From Polyangiales bacterium (GTDB lineage: Bacteria > Myxococcota_A > Polyangia > Polyangiales > Ga0077539), in contig JBGARZ010000012.1 of the NCBI GenBank assembly GCA_044229975.1, positions 224,001-288,000 of the forward strand: 64,000 nt of DNA. Direction: 5' to 3'. Positions 37,369 through 47,076 of this stretch are shown in pieces. A model generated the notes under the pieces. The model had not been told where the DNA came from. It did no database searches and saw nothing but the letters and a program-made list of their open reading frames with translations. The number at the start of each line of letters is the position of its first letter. Position 1 is the stretch's first letter. Both the position numbers and the translations under genes were made by a program.

Positions 37369-38142
37369 ATGAAGCACACCATCCTCTCTCTCGCGTTGCT
37401 CTCCCTCTCGGCCGTCGCGTGCGGCGGTGATTCCGCCGACGCCGAGGAGATCAACACCTCCGCCGACGCCATCGAAGGAACCTCCGACACGCAGGCCCTC
37501 GTCACCGCCGCCGTCGACCCGGTGACGGCCGCGACCACGCCCGAGGCCGCCGCGACCATGGCCGCCACCGCGGCGTCGACCTACTACCAGCCCGCGGGCT
37601 GCGTGGTGGCCACGACGTCAGGCGCCACGGCGACGTACCAGTTCACCAGCTGTCGCGGGCCGTACGGGCTCGTCAACGTCAACGGCTCGCTCACCGCGCG
37701 CTACGTCGCGCGCACCGCCACCGGCTGGACCGTCCAGGTCACGGGAGCGCTCCAGGCCAACAGCACCACGCTGCGCCCCGACGTGACGGCCACGGTGTCG
37801 AGCGCGGGCGCCACCCGCACGGCCACCATGACGCTGGCGGGCGGCGGAACGGGTCGTCGCGGCGTGGAATACACCAACCGCGGGACATACACGGCGACCT
37901 GGGACGGCACCTGCTTCGGCATCAACGGCTCGGTCACGAGCACCTCGTCGTCGGCGGGCGCGGTGACCTTCACGGCCAGCAACTACCGTCGCTGTCGCGG
38001 CGCGTGCCCCGACGCGGGCGGCGTCGTGTCGGTGTCGGGTGAGAGCGGGACGGTGACGGTCACGTACTCGGGCGGGGCGACGGCGATGGTGACGGGGGCG
38101 CGCACCAGCACGGTGCGGCTGTTCTGCTCGACCGGGAGCTGA
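37369..38142 (+). CDS. Hypothetical lipoprotein, Thr/Ser-rich beta structure
   Basis: MKHTILSLALLSLSAVAC lipobox after GGAG. Confidence 0.8.
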   Translation: MKHTILSLALLSLSAVACGGDSADAEEINTSADAIEGTSDTQALVTAAVDPVTAATTPEAAATMAATAASTYYQPAGCVVATTSGATATYQFTSCRGPYGLVNVNGSLTARYVARTATGWTVQVTGALQANSTTLRPDVTATVSSAGATRTATMTLAGGGTGRRGVEYTNRGTYTATWDGTCFGINGSVTSTSSSAGAVTFTASNYRRCRGACPDAGGVVSVSGESGTVTVTYSGGATAMVTGARTSTVRLFCSTGS

Positions 38143-38144
38143 CC

Positions 38145-39608
38145 CTACGGCGGGATGGACTCGCAGCGACCAGTCGCGGTCGCGCACACCAGCGGCTCGC
38201 AGCAGTCGGCGTCGGTGCGGCACATCCCGCAGCTCCCGCCCACGCAGGCCTGGCTCGTGCGGCACGAACCACATCGACGACACACCGTCGGCGGCGGCTC
38301 TTCGGGGCAGTCGTCGCCCGCCCGCAAGATCGACCGGTCGTAGTGAACGTCGAGGTCGCCGCCGGTGATGATGTCGTTGGCGAAGAGGGCGCCGTGGAGG
38401 TTCATGTACCCGGCGATGGTGACGGCCGCGCGCGGGGCGTAGACGTTGCCCACGAAGCGCGACGCGCCCAGCAGCGTGAACCCGCGGTTGCCGCCGATGT
38501 AGATGCGAACGCCCGATGGGCGGCTTGTTCCGCCCATGCGGAGGTAGCCCGCGCCGAGGACCGATCCGGCGATGAAGACGTCGAGCTCACCGCGCGGACC
38601 GAGCTCCACGTTGAAGAAGCCGCCGAGGTCGAAGTCGCCGCCGATGAAGAGGGCGGTGCGACCCTCCACGCGGAGCTCGATGCTGCCGAGGCCCGCGACG
38701 CGCTCGGCGTAGAAGCGGCCGCACGGGAGCGTGGTGACCTGCCGCCCGATGACGGCGTTGAAGCGCGTCGGGTCGAAGAGGCCGTCGACGTTGTCGTTGC
38801 GGGTCTGGGCGTCGCGCACGGCCGCGGCGGCGTCGAAGATCTCGCTCGCGCCGCACGCGCACGGCGGGTCGATGGTGATGTTGGCGCGCGAGCGGGTTCC
38901 GGCGACGCGGATGACGCCGATGGCGAGGGCGCCGTTCTGGTGGACGAGGTCGCCGCCGACGTCCATGGGGCCGAGGGCGGTGATGTTGCTGCGGACGCGG
39001 GCGTTGCGGTCGATGTCGAGGGTTCCGACGACCTCCAGCGGGCCGCCGAGGTTGAAGTCGTGGTCGAGGTTGTGCGCGCCGACGAGGCGCAGCGGCGAGA
39101 TGCCCGCCATGGTGAGCGTGTCGCCGATCTGGCTGTACCCGATGATGGAGTAGTTGCCGTTGACGCCCACGGCGCCGCCGCGCTCGCGGCCCATCATCGG
39201 GCCGCGCGACGAGTCGTAGGAGTCGGTGCGCAGGAAGCCCGCGAGCCCGAGGTTGTTGCAGCTACACAGCGAGTAGCGGAACACCGACTCCGCCAGACGC
39301 CCCGCGCAGCGCATGGCGCCGGGCGGCCCTACCTGCACGGGAGGACCAGAGCCCTCGCAGAACATCGCGCGGGTCAAGCCGACATCGGGGGTGCCGGCGT
39401 CGACGGGCTCCTCGGGGCGATCGGCCGCGGGTACGTCGAGCGCGCCGACGTCGAAGGTCGGAACGGGGACGTCGGCGCGGGGGAGGCCGAGGTCGGGGCG
39501 GGGTGTTCCGGAGTCGGCGCCGACGACGACGGTTTGTTCGGCCGCGCACCCAAGCGCGATCGAGCCGAATGCGAGTCGGACGAGCAGGCGGGCTGGACCA
39601 GCGTTCAC
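38145..39608 (-). CDS. Hypothetical secreted lipoprotein, beta-helix-like with Cys-rich tail
   Basis: SIALGC lipobox; FVGNVYAPRA.V...GALFA-type motif; C-terminal C...DCC.PLVC. Confidence 0.75.
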   Translation of the reverse strand: MNAGPARLLVRLAFGSIALGCAAEQTVVVGADSGTPRPDLGLPRADVPVPTFDVGALDVPAADRPEEPVDAGTPDVGLTRAMFCEGSGPPVQVGPPGAMRCAGRLAESVFRYSLCSCNNLGLAGFLRTDSYDSSRGPMMGRERGGAVGVNGNYSIIGYSQIGDTLTMAGISPLRLVGAHNLDHDFNLGGPLEVVGTLDIDRNARVRSNITALGPMDVGGDLVHQNGALAIGVIRVAGTRSRANITIDPPCACGASEIFDAAAAVRDAQTRNDNVDGLFDPTRFNAVIGRQVTTLPCGRFYAERVAGLGSIELRVEGRTALFIGGDFDLGGFFNVELGPRGELDVFIAGSVLGAGYLRMGGTSRPSGVRIYIGGNRGFTLLGASRFVGNVYAPRAAVTIAGYMNLHGALFANDIITGGDLDVHYDRSILRAGDDCPEEPPPTVCRRCGSCRTSQACVGGSCGMCRTDADCCEPLVCATATGRCESIPP

Positions 39609-39651
39609 GGAGACCTCCCTGTCGTGGGCGACGGTACACCCGAGGCGGCAG

Positions 39652-39772
39652 GGTGGGGACGGTTTCAGCTTTTCAAGTTGTTACGAATGAGCGCGCCCGT
39701 AACAACTTGAAAAGCTGAGACCGTCCCCACCGCCTCCCGCAACCAACAAGGTGAAACGCTGAAACCGTCCCC
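39652..39772. repeat. Long inverted repeat (34-bp arms, 12-nt loop) plus a partial third copy; REP/REPIN-like
   Basis: 39652-39685 is the reverse complement of 39698-39731 with one mismatch; GCTGAAACCGTCCCC recurs at 39758-39772. Confidence 0.85.
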
Positions 39773-39777
39773 GGCGC

Positions 39778-40860
39778 TCAGCGCGCGGCGGGCGGAGCGG
39801 CGGGGGGATCGGGCGTGTACGCGCCGAACGCCGCCGCATCGACAATGGCGGCGATGAAGTACCCGACGCCCATGCCGATGTAGATCGGGACGTTGACGTC
39901 GCTGGCGTTGGCCGACTCCGCGGTGAGGTACCCACCAAGCGCGCCGAGTCCGACGACGCCCGCGCGCAGACCGACGGACGCGAGCGCCGTGAGCGGGCGG
40001 GCGTGCGCGGCGTGGATGATGGGCGCGCCCACCGAGCCGATGACCGCGCCGGTGACCACCGCCTCGGACGACTCCAGGCCCGCGCCCGCACCGATGAGGC
40101 CGGCGCCCAGGAGGTCGGTGAGCAGGAGCTGCCAGCGGTACGACACCTCCGGCGGCGGCGCAGGCGGCAGCACGACGGGCGGTCGCACCGGCGCGACGAC
40201 CACGACGGGCGGCGGCAGCGGGCGCGGCGGCGGCGGCGCGGGGAGCACCGGCGCGGGAGGCGGTGGCGGCGGCGGCAGCGGGCGGAAGCTCACCCGGAGC
40301 TGCTGCTCGGTGCGCGCGAAGACCTCCACGCCCGAGCGGAACGTCACCATCCCATCGGCCTCGGCCACCACCTCGGCGTGACCCGTGGAGACCGCAAACG
40401 GAGCCGTCCACTGCGCCACCGGAACCTCGCGACCGTTGAGGGTCACGCGAAACCCGGGCGGGGTGATCTCCGGGAGCACCAGGCGAAGGCGACCCACCTG
40501 CGACTCGGTCTGCGTGACGACGGCCTGGCAGGCGGCCACGATGCGGACCCGGTTGCGGAGCGCGCGGTCGTTGCCCGCGTCGACGAGGCAGAGCGTGGCG
40601 GCGTCGAGGGCCTCGATGGTCTGCCCGAGCGCGAGGTGCTCCTGCGCGACGAGCATGCGGAGCGACGGGCTCCAGCGAAACTCGCCCGCCTGGAGTCCGA
40701 AGGCGAGGGCCTGGGCGTGCAGCCCCTCGCGCTGGGCGGTGTCGGCCTGCTGAACGAGCGTGCGCCGCGCGGCTTCGTTGGGCCCCGTCTGCGCCGCGGC
40801 GGGGAGCGCGAGGGCGGCGAGGGCGGAGCAGAGGGCGAGGGCGGGTGCGGTGCGCGTCAT
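39778..40860 (-). CDS. Secreted TPR/PEGA-like protein with Pro-rich linker and C-terminal hydrophobic segments
   Basis: Signal peptide, helical repeat region, RVTLNGREV..PFAVSTGH, poly-Pro tract. Confidence 0.75.
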   Translation of the reverse strand: MTRTAPALALCSALAALALPAAAQTGPNEAARRTLVQQADTAQREGLHAQALAFGLQAGEFRWSPSLRMLVAQEHLALGQTIEALDAATLCLVDAGNDRALRNRVRIVAACQAVVTQTESQVGRLRLVLPEITPPGFRVTLNGREVPVAQWTAPFAVSTGHAEVVAEADGMVTFRSGVEVFARTEQQLRVSFRPLPPPPPPPAPVLPAPPPPRPLPPPVVVVAPVRPPVVLPPAPPPEVSYRWQLLLTDLLGAGLIGAGAGLESSEAVVTGAVIGSVGAPIIHAAHARPLTALASVGLRAGVVGLGALGGYLTAESANASDVNVPIYIGMGVGYFIAAIVDAAAFGAYTPDPPAAPPAAR

Positions 40861-40945
40861 GGCCGACGGGAGTGATAACCGATGCCGGGGAAAGTCGCCT
40901 CGCTCCATGCTCGTGGATGGCCGGACGAGGCCGCGCGCTTCACCG

Positions 40946-41770
40946 CTACTTGATGATGACGAAGGTCTGCTGGTTGAGGGCGACGAGGGTTCCGCGGGCG
41001 GTCCAGAGCTCGCGAAACTCGGCGACGAAGCCCTCGTGGGTGGCGGGCGACGACGAGCGGTAGAAGAGCGGTTCGGCCGGGTCGAGCGTCGCCGGGTCGG
41101 CCAGCAGTTGCAGCGTGAACGCCACCGTCGCCATGGGCCGCGGCGTCGTCTCCATGGCGTAGATGGCAGGCCAGTAGGCGTCCATGAGCCCGATGACCTC
41201 GGGCACGCCCAACGCGACGGTCTTCGTGAGCCGAACCCAGCCCTCGGCCCCCGACTTCGGACCGCCGCTGAAGGGCCACGGACCCGTCGCGCGAAACTCC
41301 ATCATCCGCGCGAAGTGTGGCCCCATCGGCGGGCGCACCGGGATCACGTCCACCTCCGTCCATGGGGTCGTCGGAACGGGTGACACGAGGGTGGTTCCGT
41401 CGCGCTCGGTGGTGCGCGCCTTCCCCATGACGGCGCTGGCGTGGGCGAGCACCTCTCCGTTCTGCGCGAGCCATGCTTGCCAGCTCGACACGCCGTTGCC
41501 GCGGCGCAGTGCCTTCACCGTGACCTCGGCCGCCCCCGGTTGAACGGGACCCACGATCTCACCGCTCAGCGAGCGCAACGTGCGGTCGGCGTCGGGCTCG
41601 GCGTGGAGCGTGGCGCGGGCGAGGGTTCCGAGGACGAGGCCACCGAAGGCGCCGCGACCCTGCTGCCAGCCATCGGGGATGGAGGCGAGATAGCGGCCGT
41701 CGCCGTCGGGCTCGACGTGCGAGGCGAGGAGGAAATCGTCGGTGGTGGGCGGGGCGAGCTCGTCGGTCAT
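40946..41770 (-). CDS. Acyl-CoA thioesterase family (double hot-dog)
   Basis: WQQGRGAFGGLV, LRRG..VS, LMDAYWP. Confidence 0.9.
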   Translation of the reverse strand: MTDELAPPTTDDFLLASHVEPDGDGRYLASIPDGWQQGRGAFGGLVLGTLARATLHAEPDADRTLRSLSGEIVGPVQPGAAEVTVKALRRGNGVSSWQAWLAQNGEVLAHASAVMGKARTTERDGTTLVSPVPTTPWTEVDVIPVRPPMGPHFARMMEFRATGPWPFSGGPKSGAEGWVRLTKTVALGVPEVIGLMDAYWPAIYAMETTPRPMATVAFTLQLLADPATLDPAEPLFYRSSSPATHEGFVAEFRELWTARGTLVALNQQTFVIIK

Positions 41771-41813
41771 CGCCCGGTCATAGGGGCGCTGCGGCGCGCG
41801 TGGGAAGAGGCTT

Positions 41814-42626
41814 CTACGGGGTGAGCACTTCCACGAACTCTGCGACCACCCGCACCTCGGCGGCGTCGCTCTCGCGAAGCTCGATGGGCTTGTACTCGGC
41901 GTTGTCGGGGAGCAGGCGCACCCGCCTCGGGGAGAGGCGCTCGAAGCGCTTCACGGTGTAGCTGGTTCCGGTGTCGGCGTCGTGGATGCCACCGTGCTGG
42001 ACGAGCAGGGTGCGACCCTGGAGGTCATCGGGCAGCCGCATGTTGAAGAGGCAGTGCGACCCGTCGGGTATGCGGGGCTCCATGGAGCGGCCGACGACAC
42101 GCGCGACGAAGAGGTTCTTGTGGGCTCTGCGTGATCGGCCCAGCGAGACCCAGGTGACGGTCGGGTCGGTGGGGCCGGGCATGAAGCCGCCTGCGGCGAG
42201 GTCGATGCCGATGAGCGGGACACACGTGACGTAGCGCTCCGTCGCGCGGGGGTGGACGACCTTGAGCGGTGCATCGTCCGCGGCGTCGTCGGCGACGGTG
42301 CGCGGGCTCTGTTGGGCGGCGAGCAGGAGCGCTTCGAGGGCGGCGGCAGTGAGGCCGCGGGTCGCGTCGATGAGGGCGGCGCGGGTGCCGTGCTCGGGGA
42401 AGTTCACGAGGTCGAGCACCTCGACGTTGAGCCGATCGGCGATGGCCTTGAGCGACTGGATGGTCGGGCGAACGCGGCCGTTCTCGATGTCGGAGAGGTG
42501 GCCCTTGGCGATGGTGTCGCTCTCGTGGGCGAGCTTCTCCAGGGTCTTGCCGCGCTCCAGTCGGAGTCCCCTCACCCGCCGACCGATGGCCTCCGAGAGT
42601 GGATCAGGCTCGTCCAACCTCGGCAT
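41814..42626 (-). CDS. XRE-family HTH plus S24 peptidase (CI/LexA-like) repressor
   Basis: IGRRVRGLR...LSDIENG HTH; AAG cleavage-site-like motif; VVGRSMEP (Ser) and TVKRF (Lys) dyad. Confidence 0.9.
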   Translation of the reverse strand: MPRLDEPDPLSEAIGRRVRGLRLERGKTLEKLAHESDTIAKGHLSDIENGRVRPTIQSLKAIADRLNVEVLDLVNFPEHGTRAALIDATRGLTAAALEALLLAAQQSPRTVADDAADDAPLKVVHPRATERYVTCVPLIGIDLAAGGFMPGPTDPTVTWVSLGRSRRAHKNLFVARVVGRSMEPRIPDGSHCLFNMRLPDDLQGRTLLVQHGGIHDADTGTSYTVKRFERLSPRRVRLLPDNAEYKPIELRESDAAEVRVVAEFVEVLTP

Positions 42627-42661
42627 CGGGCGGGATCGTAGGGAGGCGCACCAACGACTCG

Positions 42662-42764
42662 TTCGTCGAGACGATCACAACCAATCACCCGTCATCTCCG
42701 CGGAAGAGACGAAGCGATAACTGGCCTTGCCGAAGGCATGGCGGTAGAACTTCGGCAAGACGAA
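42662..42764. promoter_or_regulatory. Candidate operator repeats between the repressor and the ssp-like operon
   Basis: TTCGTCGAGACGAT (42662-42675), TTCGGCAAGACGAA (42751-42764), and the 10-bp inverted pair CTTGCCGAAG (42726-42735) / CTTCGGCAAG (42750-42759). Confidence 0.55.
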
Positions 42765-42766
42765 CC

Positions 42767-43708
42767 ATGGCCGCCGGAAATGCGCGAGGAGCCACCGAGG
42801 GCGGGCGGCGAGAGGTGGGTTCGACGGTGTCCTTCTCCGGGCACGAGAGCTTCCCGCTGCGCTACGGATGGCCGAAGAAGTGCGTCGACGCGGTGGCGAA
42901 AGACCCCGACGTCTTCAACCGCGACGAGGCCATGGTCACGCTCGGCGTCGGCAAGAACATGGTCAAGGCCATCCGCCACTGGGGCCTCGCCACCCGGGTC
43001 ATCGAGGCCCGCGGCCGCACCCTCCAGGTGTCTGCCCTGGGTCACGCGCTCTTCGACGACGACGGCGCTGATCCCTTCCTCGAAGACCCGCGCACCCCGT
43101 GGTTGCTTCACTGGTTCATCAGCACCCACGCCGATCGCGCCACCACCTGGAGCTGGTGCTTCGGATCGCTCCAGCGCCAGGGCTTCACCCGCGACGACCT
43201 GCTGCGCGACCTCCAGGCCGCCCACGTCTCCGCCCGCACCACGCCGGCGACCCTCGCCCGCGACGTCGAGGTCTTCCTGCGTACGTACACACCCGCCCGC
43301 GCGACCCGCGCCGTCGCCATCGAGGACACCCTCGACTGCCCGCTGGTCGAGTTGCGCCTCCTTCGCGAAGACGTCGCCGAGCGGCGCTATGAGTTCGTTC
43401 GGGGGCCGAAGCCTACCCTCGACGACGTCACCTTCGGCTTCGCGGTGCTGGAGTTCTGGCAACGCGTCGCACCCGAGCGAGAGACGCTCAGCGTCGACGA
43501 CCTCGCGCGCCACCCGGGGTCGCCCGGCCGGGTGTTCCGGCTCGATGATGACTCGCTCGCGGCGCGCCTCGAACACGTTGTCCGCTGGTCGCACGGCGCG
43601 CTTCTGCACGACGACACCGCGGGCGTCCGGCAGCTCCTTCGCAAGAAGCGCGTCGACCCGGTGGCGTGGCTACTGACGGAGCTGCGGCGAGAGGGCGCAC
43701 GCGCGTGA
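42767..43708 (+). CDS. sspB: DUF4007 family protein (SspB-like)
   Basis: FSGHESFPLRYGWPKK, LGVGKNMVKAIRHW, DPFLED..T.WLLHW, SPGRVFRL; start uncertain (42767 or a later GTG). Confidence 0.9.
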   Translation: MAAGNARGATEGGRREVGSTVSFSGHESFPLRYGWPKKCVDAVAKDPDVFNRDEAMVTLGVGKNMVKAIRHWGLATRVIEARGRTLQVSALGHALFDDDGADPFLEDPRTPWLLHWFISTHADRATTWSWCFGSLQRQGFTRDDLLRDLQAAHVSARTTPATLARDVEVFLRTYTPARATRAVAIEDTLDCPLVELRLLREDVAERRYEFVRGPKPTLDDVTFGFAVLEFWQRVAPERETLSVDDLARHPGSPGRVFRLDDDSLAARLEHVVRWSHGALLHDDTAGVRQLLRKKRVDPVAWLLTELRREGARA

Positions 43709-46700
43709 CGCGGCCCGGTGATCTGTTCGAGGTGCAGCGGAGGTTCTTCCGCTCGGTACATCTCGCGACCGATTCGCAGCGCCACGACGCGAGCGAGGGC
43801 TACGTGCTCACGCCGCTCGGACGAGGAACCCTCGGGCGCATCCTCGACGGCCTCGGCGAGGGGCGCACCGAGCGGGCATGGACGCTGACGGGCCCCTACG
43901 GCGTCGGGAAGTCGGCCTTCGTGGTGCTGCTCGCGCAGCTTCTGTGCGCGGGCTCCGACGCGAGCACCAACACCGCGATGCGGGTGCTGCACGACGGCGA
44001 GCGGACGCTGGAGCGGCGCTTTCACAAGCTGCGCGACGGCAACCGCGGCTTCTGCCCGGTGCTCGTCAGCGGAACCTACGGTCCCCTCCTCCCCCCTCTC
44101 CTCGAAGCCGTCGAGCGCTCGGTGCTCGCGATGACCCGCACGAGCGCCCGGCAGCAACAGTTCTTGAAGGAGCTTCGCTCGCTGCGCTCGAGCCGCGCGA
44201 AGGCCGCCGAGCTGCACCGCCGCGTGGTGCGACTCTTCCAGGACCTCACCGAGCTGGTGGGGCAGCGCCACGGCGGCGTGCTGCTCGTGGTCGACGAGCT
44301 CGGCAAGTGCCTGGAGTACGCCGCGCGAGGAGCGGGCCACGCCGACGAGGTGTTTCTCCTGCAAGAGCTCGCCGAGGCGGCGTCGCGCAGCGGAGAGCGC
44401 CCGATGGTGGTCGTCACGCTCCTGCACCAGGCCTTCGATCGATACGCCAAAGACCTCTCCGCCGAGACGCGCGCCGAGTGGTCGAAGGTGCAGGGCCGCT
44501 TCGAGGACGTCGCCTTCCTCGACGCCCCCGGTGAGCTGCTGCGCCTCGCAGCGCGCACCCTCCACCGCCGCGCGCCCTCCACCGCCGCTCGCTACCAGCA
44601 CTGGGACGCCCTCGCCGAGAAGGCCATCGCGCTCGGGCTCGCTCCGCCCGAGCAGGGCCCGACCTTGCGTCAGCTCGCGCCGTTGCACCCCACCGTTGCG
44701 CTGCTTCTGCCGTCTCTCTGCCGCGGTCCGCTCGCGCAAAACGAGCGGTCGCTCTTCGGCTTCCTGACCTCCACGGCCGACGGGGCCTTCGGCGCCTTCC
44801 TCGCGGCCGACCACGCATCGAGCGCGCCCTCGTACACCCTCGACCAGCTCTACGACTTCATCGTCGCAACCCTCGGCCCCGCGCAGTACACGCTCGCCGC
44901 GGGTCGCCGCTGGGCGGCCATCGACGAGGCCGTTGCCCGTCTGTCCGGCGACGAGCCCGCCCTCTCGGCGCGGCTGCTCAAGGCCATCGGGTTGCTCGGT
45001 CTGTTGGGCTCGCGTGCGGTGCGATCGTCGCGCGAGACGCTGTGCTTCGCGCTCGTCGACGAGGTCACTTCCGAAGCGGAAGTAGGCGCCGCGCTCGATC
45101 GGCTCGCGGCGGCGTCGCAGGTGGTGTTTCGTCGGCACAGCGACGCGTACGCGCTGTGGGAGGGCAGCGACGTCGACCTCGACCAGCACTTCGACGAGGC
45201 CCGCCAGCGGCCGCCCGGTCTGGAGGAGGTGTCGGCGCTGCTCGGCGAGCGGATGCTCTTGCGTCCGTACATCGCGCGGCGGCACTTCTTCGAGACGGGG
45301 ACGCTGCGGCACTTCGACGTGACGTTCCGCACGTCCAATGGGGTGTCGTCAGCGCTCGCGGACGACGAGCTCGACGGGGCCGACGGGCGCATCGTGTACC
45401 TGCTACCGGAGGGGTCGGAGTCGCACGACGACCTCACGGGCCTGGCCGTCGGGGCGGCGCGGCGAGCGGACGTGGTGTTTGGTGTTCCGCGCGAGGCGAG
45501 GCAGCTCCTGGCGGGGTTGCATGACTGGTGCGCGTGGGAGTCGGTGCGCAGCCACGTAGGGGCGCTGGCGAACGATCCAGTGGCGCGGCGCGAGCTGTCG
45601 GCGCGGATCCACTTCGCCAACGACCGGCTCGACGCGGCGGTGCAGTCCTGCTTCGGGCTCGCGGGCGGAGCGCGGGTCGACTGGGTTCACGATGGAGCCC
45701 CGACGGGGTGGAGCGGCGCGCGGGCGCTCTCGCGGGCGCTGTCGGCGGTGTGCGATCGGACCTTCCCCGAGGCGCCGGTGGTGCGAAACGAGCTGCTCAA
45801 CCGTCGCTCGCTCTCGTCCGCGGCGGCGGCGGCGCGGCGCTCGTTGCTCGACGCGATGATGGCGCACCCGCACGAGGCCCGACTGGGCATCGAGGGGACC
45901 CCGCCGGAGTTCAGCATGTACGCGTCGGTGCTCGCCGCCGGGGGCCTGCACCGCGAGCGCGACGGGCGTTGGTCGTTTGGTCCGCCGCCGGAGGACGACC
46001 CGCTGCGGCTGCGGCCGGCGTGGGATCGCATCGAGCAGTTTCTCGACACCACGGAGGACGGACAGCGGCCCGTCCGTGAGCTCTTCGACGCGCTGGCGCG
46101 CCGGCCCATCGGGCTGCGCGAGGGTCCGGTGCCGGTGTTGTTCTTTGCGGTGGTGTTGTCGACGCCCGGCGAGGTGGCGCTCTTCGAGGACGGGAGCTTC
46201 GTGCCCGAGCTGAGCGACGCGGTGGTCGAGCGGCTGTTGCGTCGCGTCGATCACTTCACGGTGGCGCGGCATCGGCTCGACGGTCACCGGCTGGCGGTGC
46301 TGGGTGCGCTGCGCTCGACGCTGGGGTTGGAGGGTGAGCCCGAGGGGGCGATCGCGACGGTGCGGGCCATCGTACGGAAGGTGGGGCAGCTCCCGCGGTA
46401 CAGCCGGAGCACACGCCAGGTGGGGGCGGCGGCGTTGGCGGTGCGCGAGGCGATCCTCGGGGCGCGCGACCCGTTGCGGTTGTTGTTCCGTGATCTGCCG
46501 ACGGCGCTCGGACTCCCGGTCGTCGACCGCGGCGAGAGCGGTGACGTCGGAGCGTACCCGGCGCAGATGGCGGCGGCGTTGGGTGAGCTGGCGGGAGCGC
46601 ACCCGGCGCTGCTCGACGCGGTCGAGCGCAAGGTGGCCGCGGCGCTGGAGGTGTCGGGAGAGGGCGCGTTTTTGCGGGCGGAGCTGACGGCGCGGGCGCG

Positions 46701-47076
46701 GCGGGTGGCGGGGGTGGCGAGCGACCTGCGCTTGAAGGCTTTTCTCGGGCGGACCATGGAGGAGCGGGCGTCGCGGACGGACTGGCTGGAGGGCGTCGCG
46801 ATGGTGGTGGGCAACCGCCCTCCGTCGGAGTGGACCGACGGCGAGGTGGCGCGCTTCGAGGTGGGCCTGGAGGAGGTGCGGATGATGTTCCAGCGGGCCG
46901 AGGAGCTCATGACGGTGCCGCGCGCGCGGGTGATGAAGGTCGATGAGCCGGGGGCGCTGGAGGGGGCGGAGCGAGAGATCTTGCGGCTGCTGGAGGGGCG
47001 ATTCGGGGGCGAGCGCGGGGCGTGGCGGGCGGCGCTGGAGCGAGCGTTGAACGCGGCGCAGGAGGCGGGGCGGTGA
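43705..47076 (+). CDS. sspC: Large P-loop ATPase (SspC-like)
   Basis: FFRSVHL..D, Walker A GPYGVGKS, Walker B LLVVDELGKCLE, LQELAE, LHQ, EWSKVQGRF, QNERSLF; GTGA overlaps on both sides. Confidence 0.85.
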   Translation: MTRPGDLFEVQRRFFRSVHLATDSQRHDASEGYVLTPLGRGTLGRILDGLGEGRTERAWTLTGPYGVGKSAFVVLLAQLLCAGSDASTNTAMRVLHDGERTLERRFHKLRDGNRGFCPVLVSGTYGPLLPPLLEAVERSVLAMTRTSARQQQFLKELRSLRSSRAKAAELHRRVVRLFQDLTELVGQRHGGVLLVVDELGKCLEYAARGAGHADEVFLLQELAEAASRSGERPMVVVTLLHQAFDRYAKDLSAETRAEWSKVQGRFEDVAFLDAPGELLRLAARTLHRRAPSTAARYQHWDALAEKAIALGLAPPEQGPTLRQLAPLHPTVALLLPSLCRGPLAQNERSLFGFLTSTADGAFGAFLAADHASSAPSYTLDQLYDFIVATLGPAQYTLAAGRRWAAIDEAVARLSGDEPALSARLLKAIGLLGLLGSRAVRSSRETLCFALVDEVTSEAEVGAALDRLAAASQVVFRRHSDAYALWEGSDVDLDQHFDEARQRPPGLEEVSALLGERMLLRPYIARRHFFETGTLRHFDVTFRTSNGVSSALADDELDGADGRIVYLLPEGSESHDDLTGLAVGAARRADVVFGVPREARQLLAGLHDWCAWESVRSHVGALANDPVARRELSARIHFANDRLDAAVQSCFGLAGGARVDWVHDGAPTGWSGARALSRALSAVCDRTFPEAPVVRNELLNRRSLSSAAAAARRSLLDAMMAHPHEARLGIEGTPPEFSMYASVLAAGGLHRERDGRWSFGPPPEDDPLRLRPAWDRIEQFLDTTEDGQRPVRELFDALARRPIGLREGPVPVLFFAVVLSTPGEVALFEDGSFVPELSDAVVERLLRRVDHFTVARHRLDGHRLAVLGALRSTLGLEGEPEGAIATVRAIVRKVGQLPRYSRSTRQVGAAALAVREAILGARDPLRLLFRDLPTALGLPVVDRGESGDVGAYPAQMAAALGELAGAHPALLDAVERKVAAALEVSGEGAFLRAELTARARRVAGVASDLRLKAFLGRTMEERASRTDWLEGVAMVVGNRPPSEWTDGEVARFEVGLEEVRMMFQRAEELMTVPRARVMKVDEPGALEGAEREILRLLEGRFGGERGAWRAALERALNAAQEAGR

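Noticed and set aside
41814..42626. Prophage repressor marking a prophage
   Set aside because: No phage structural, replication or integrase genes nearby.
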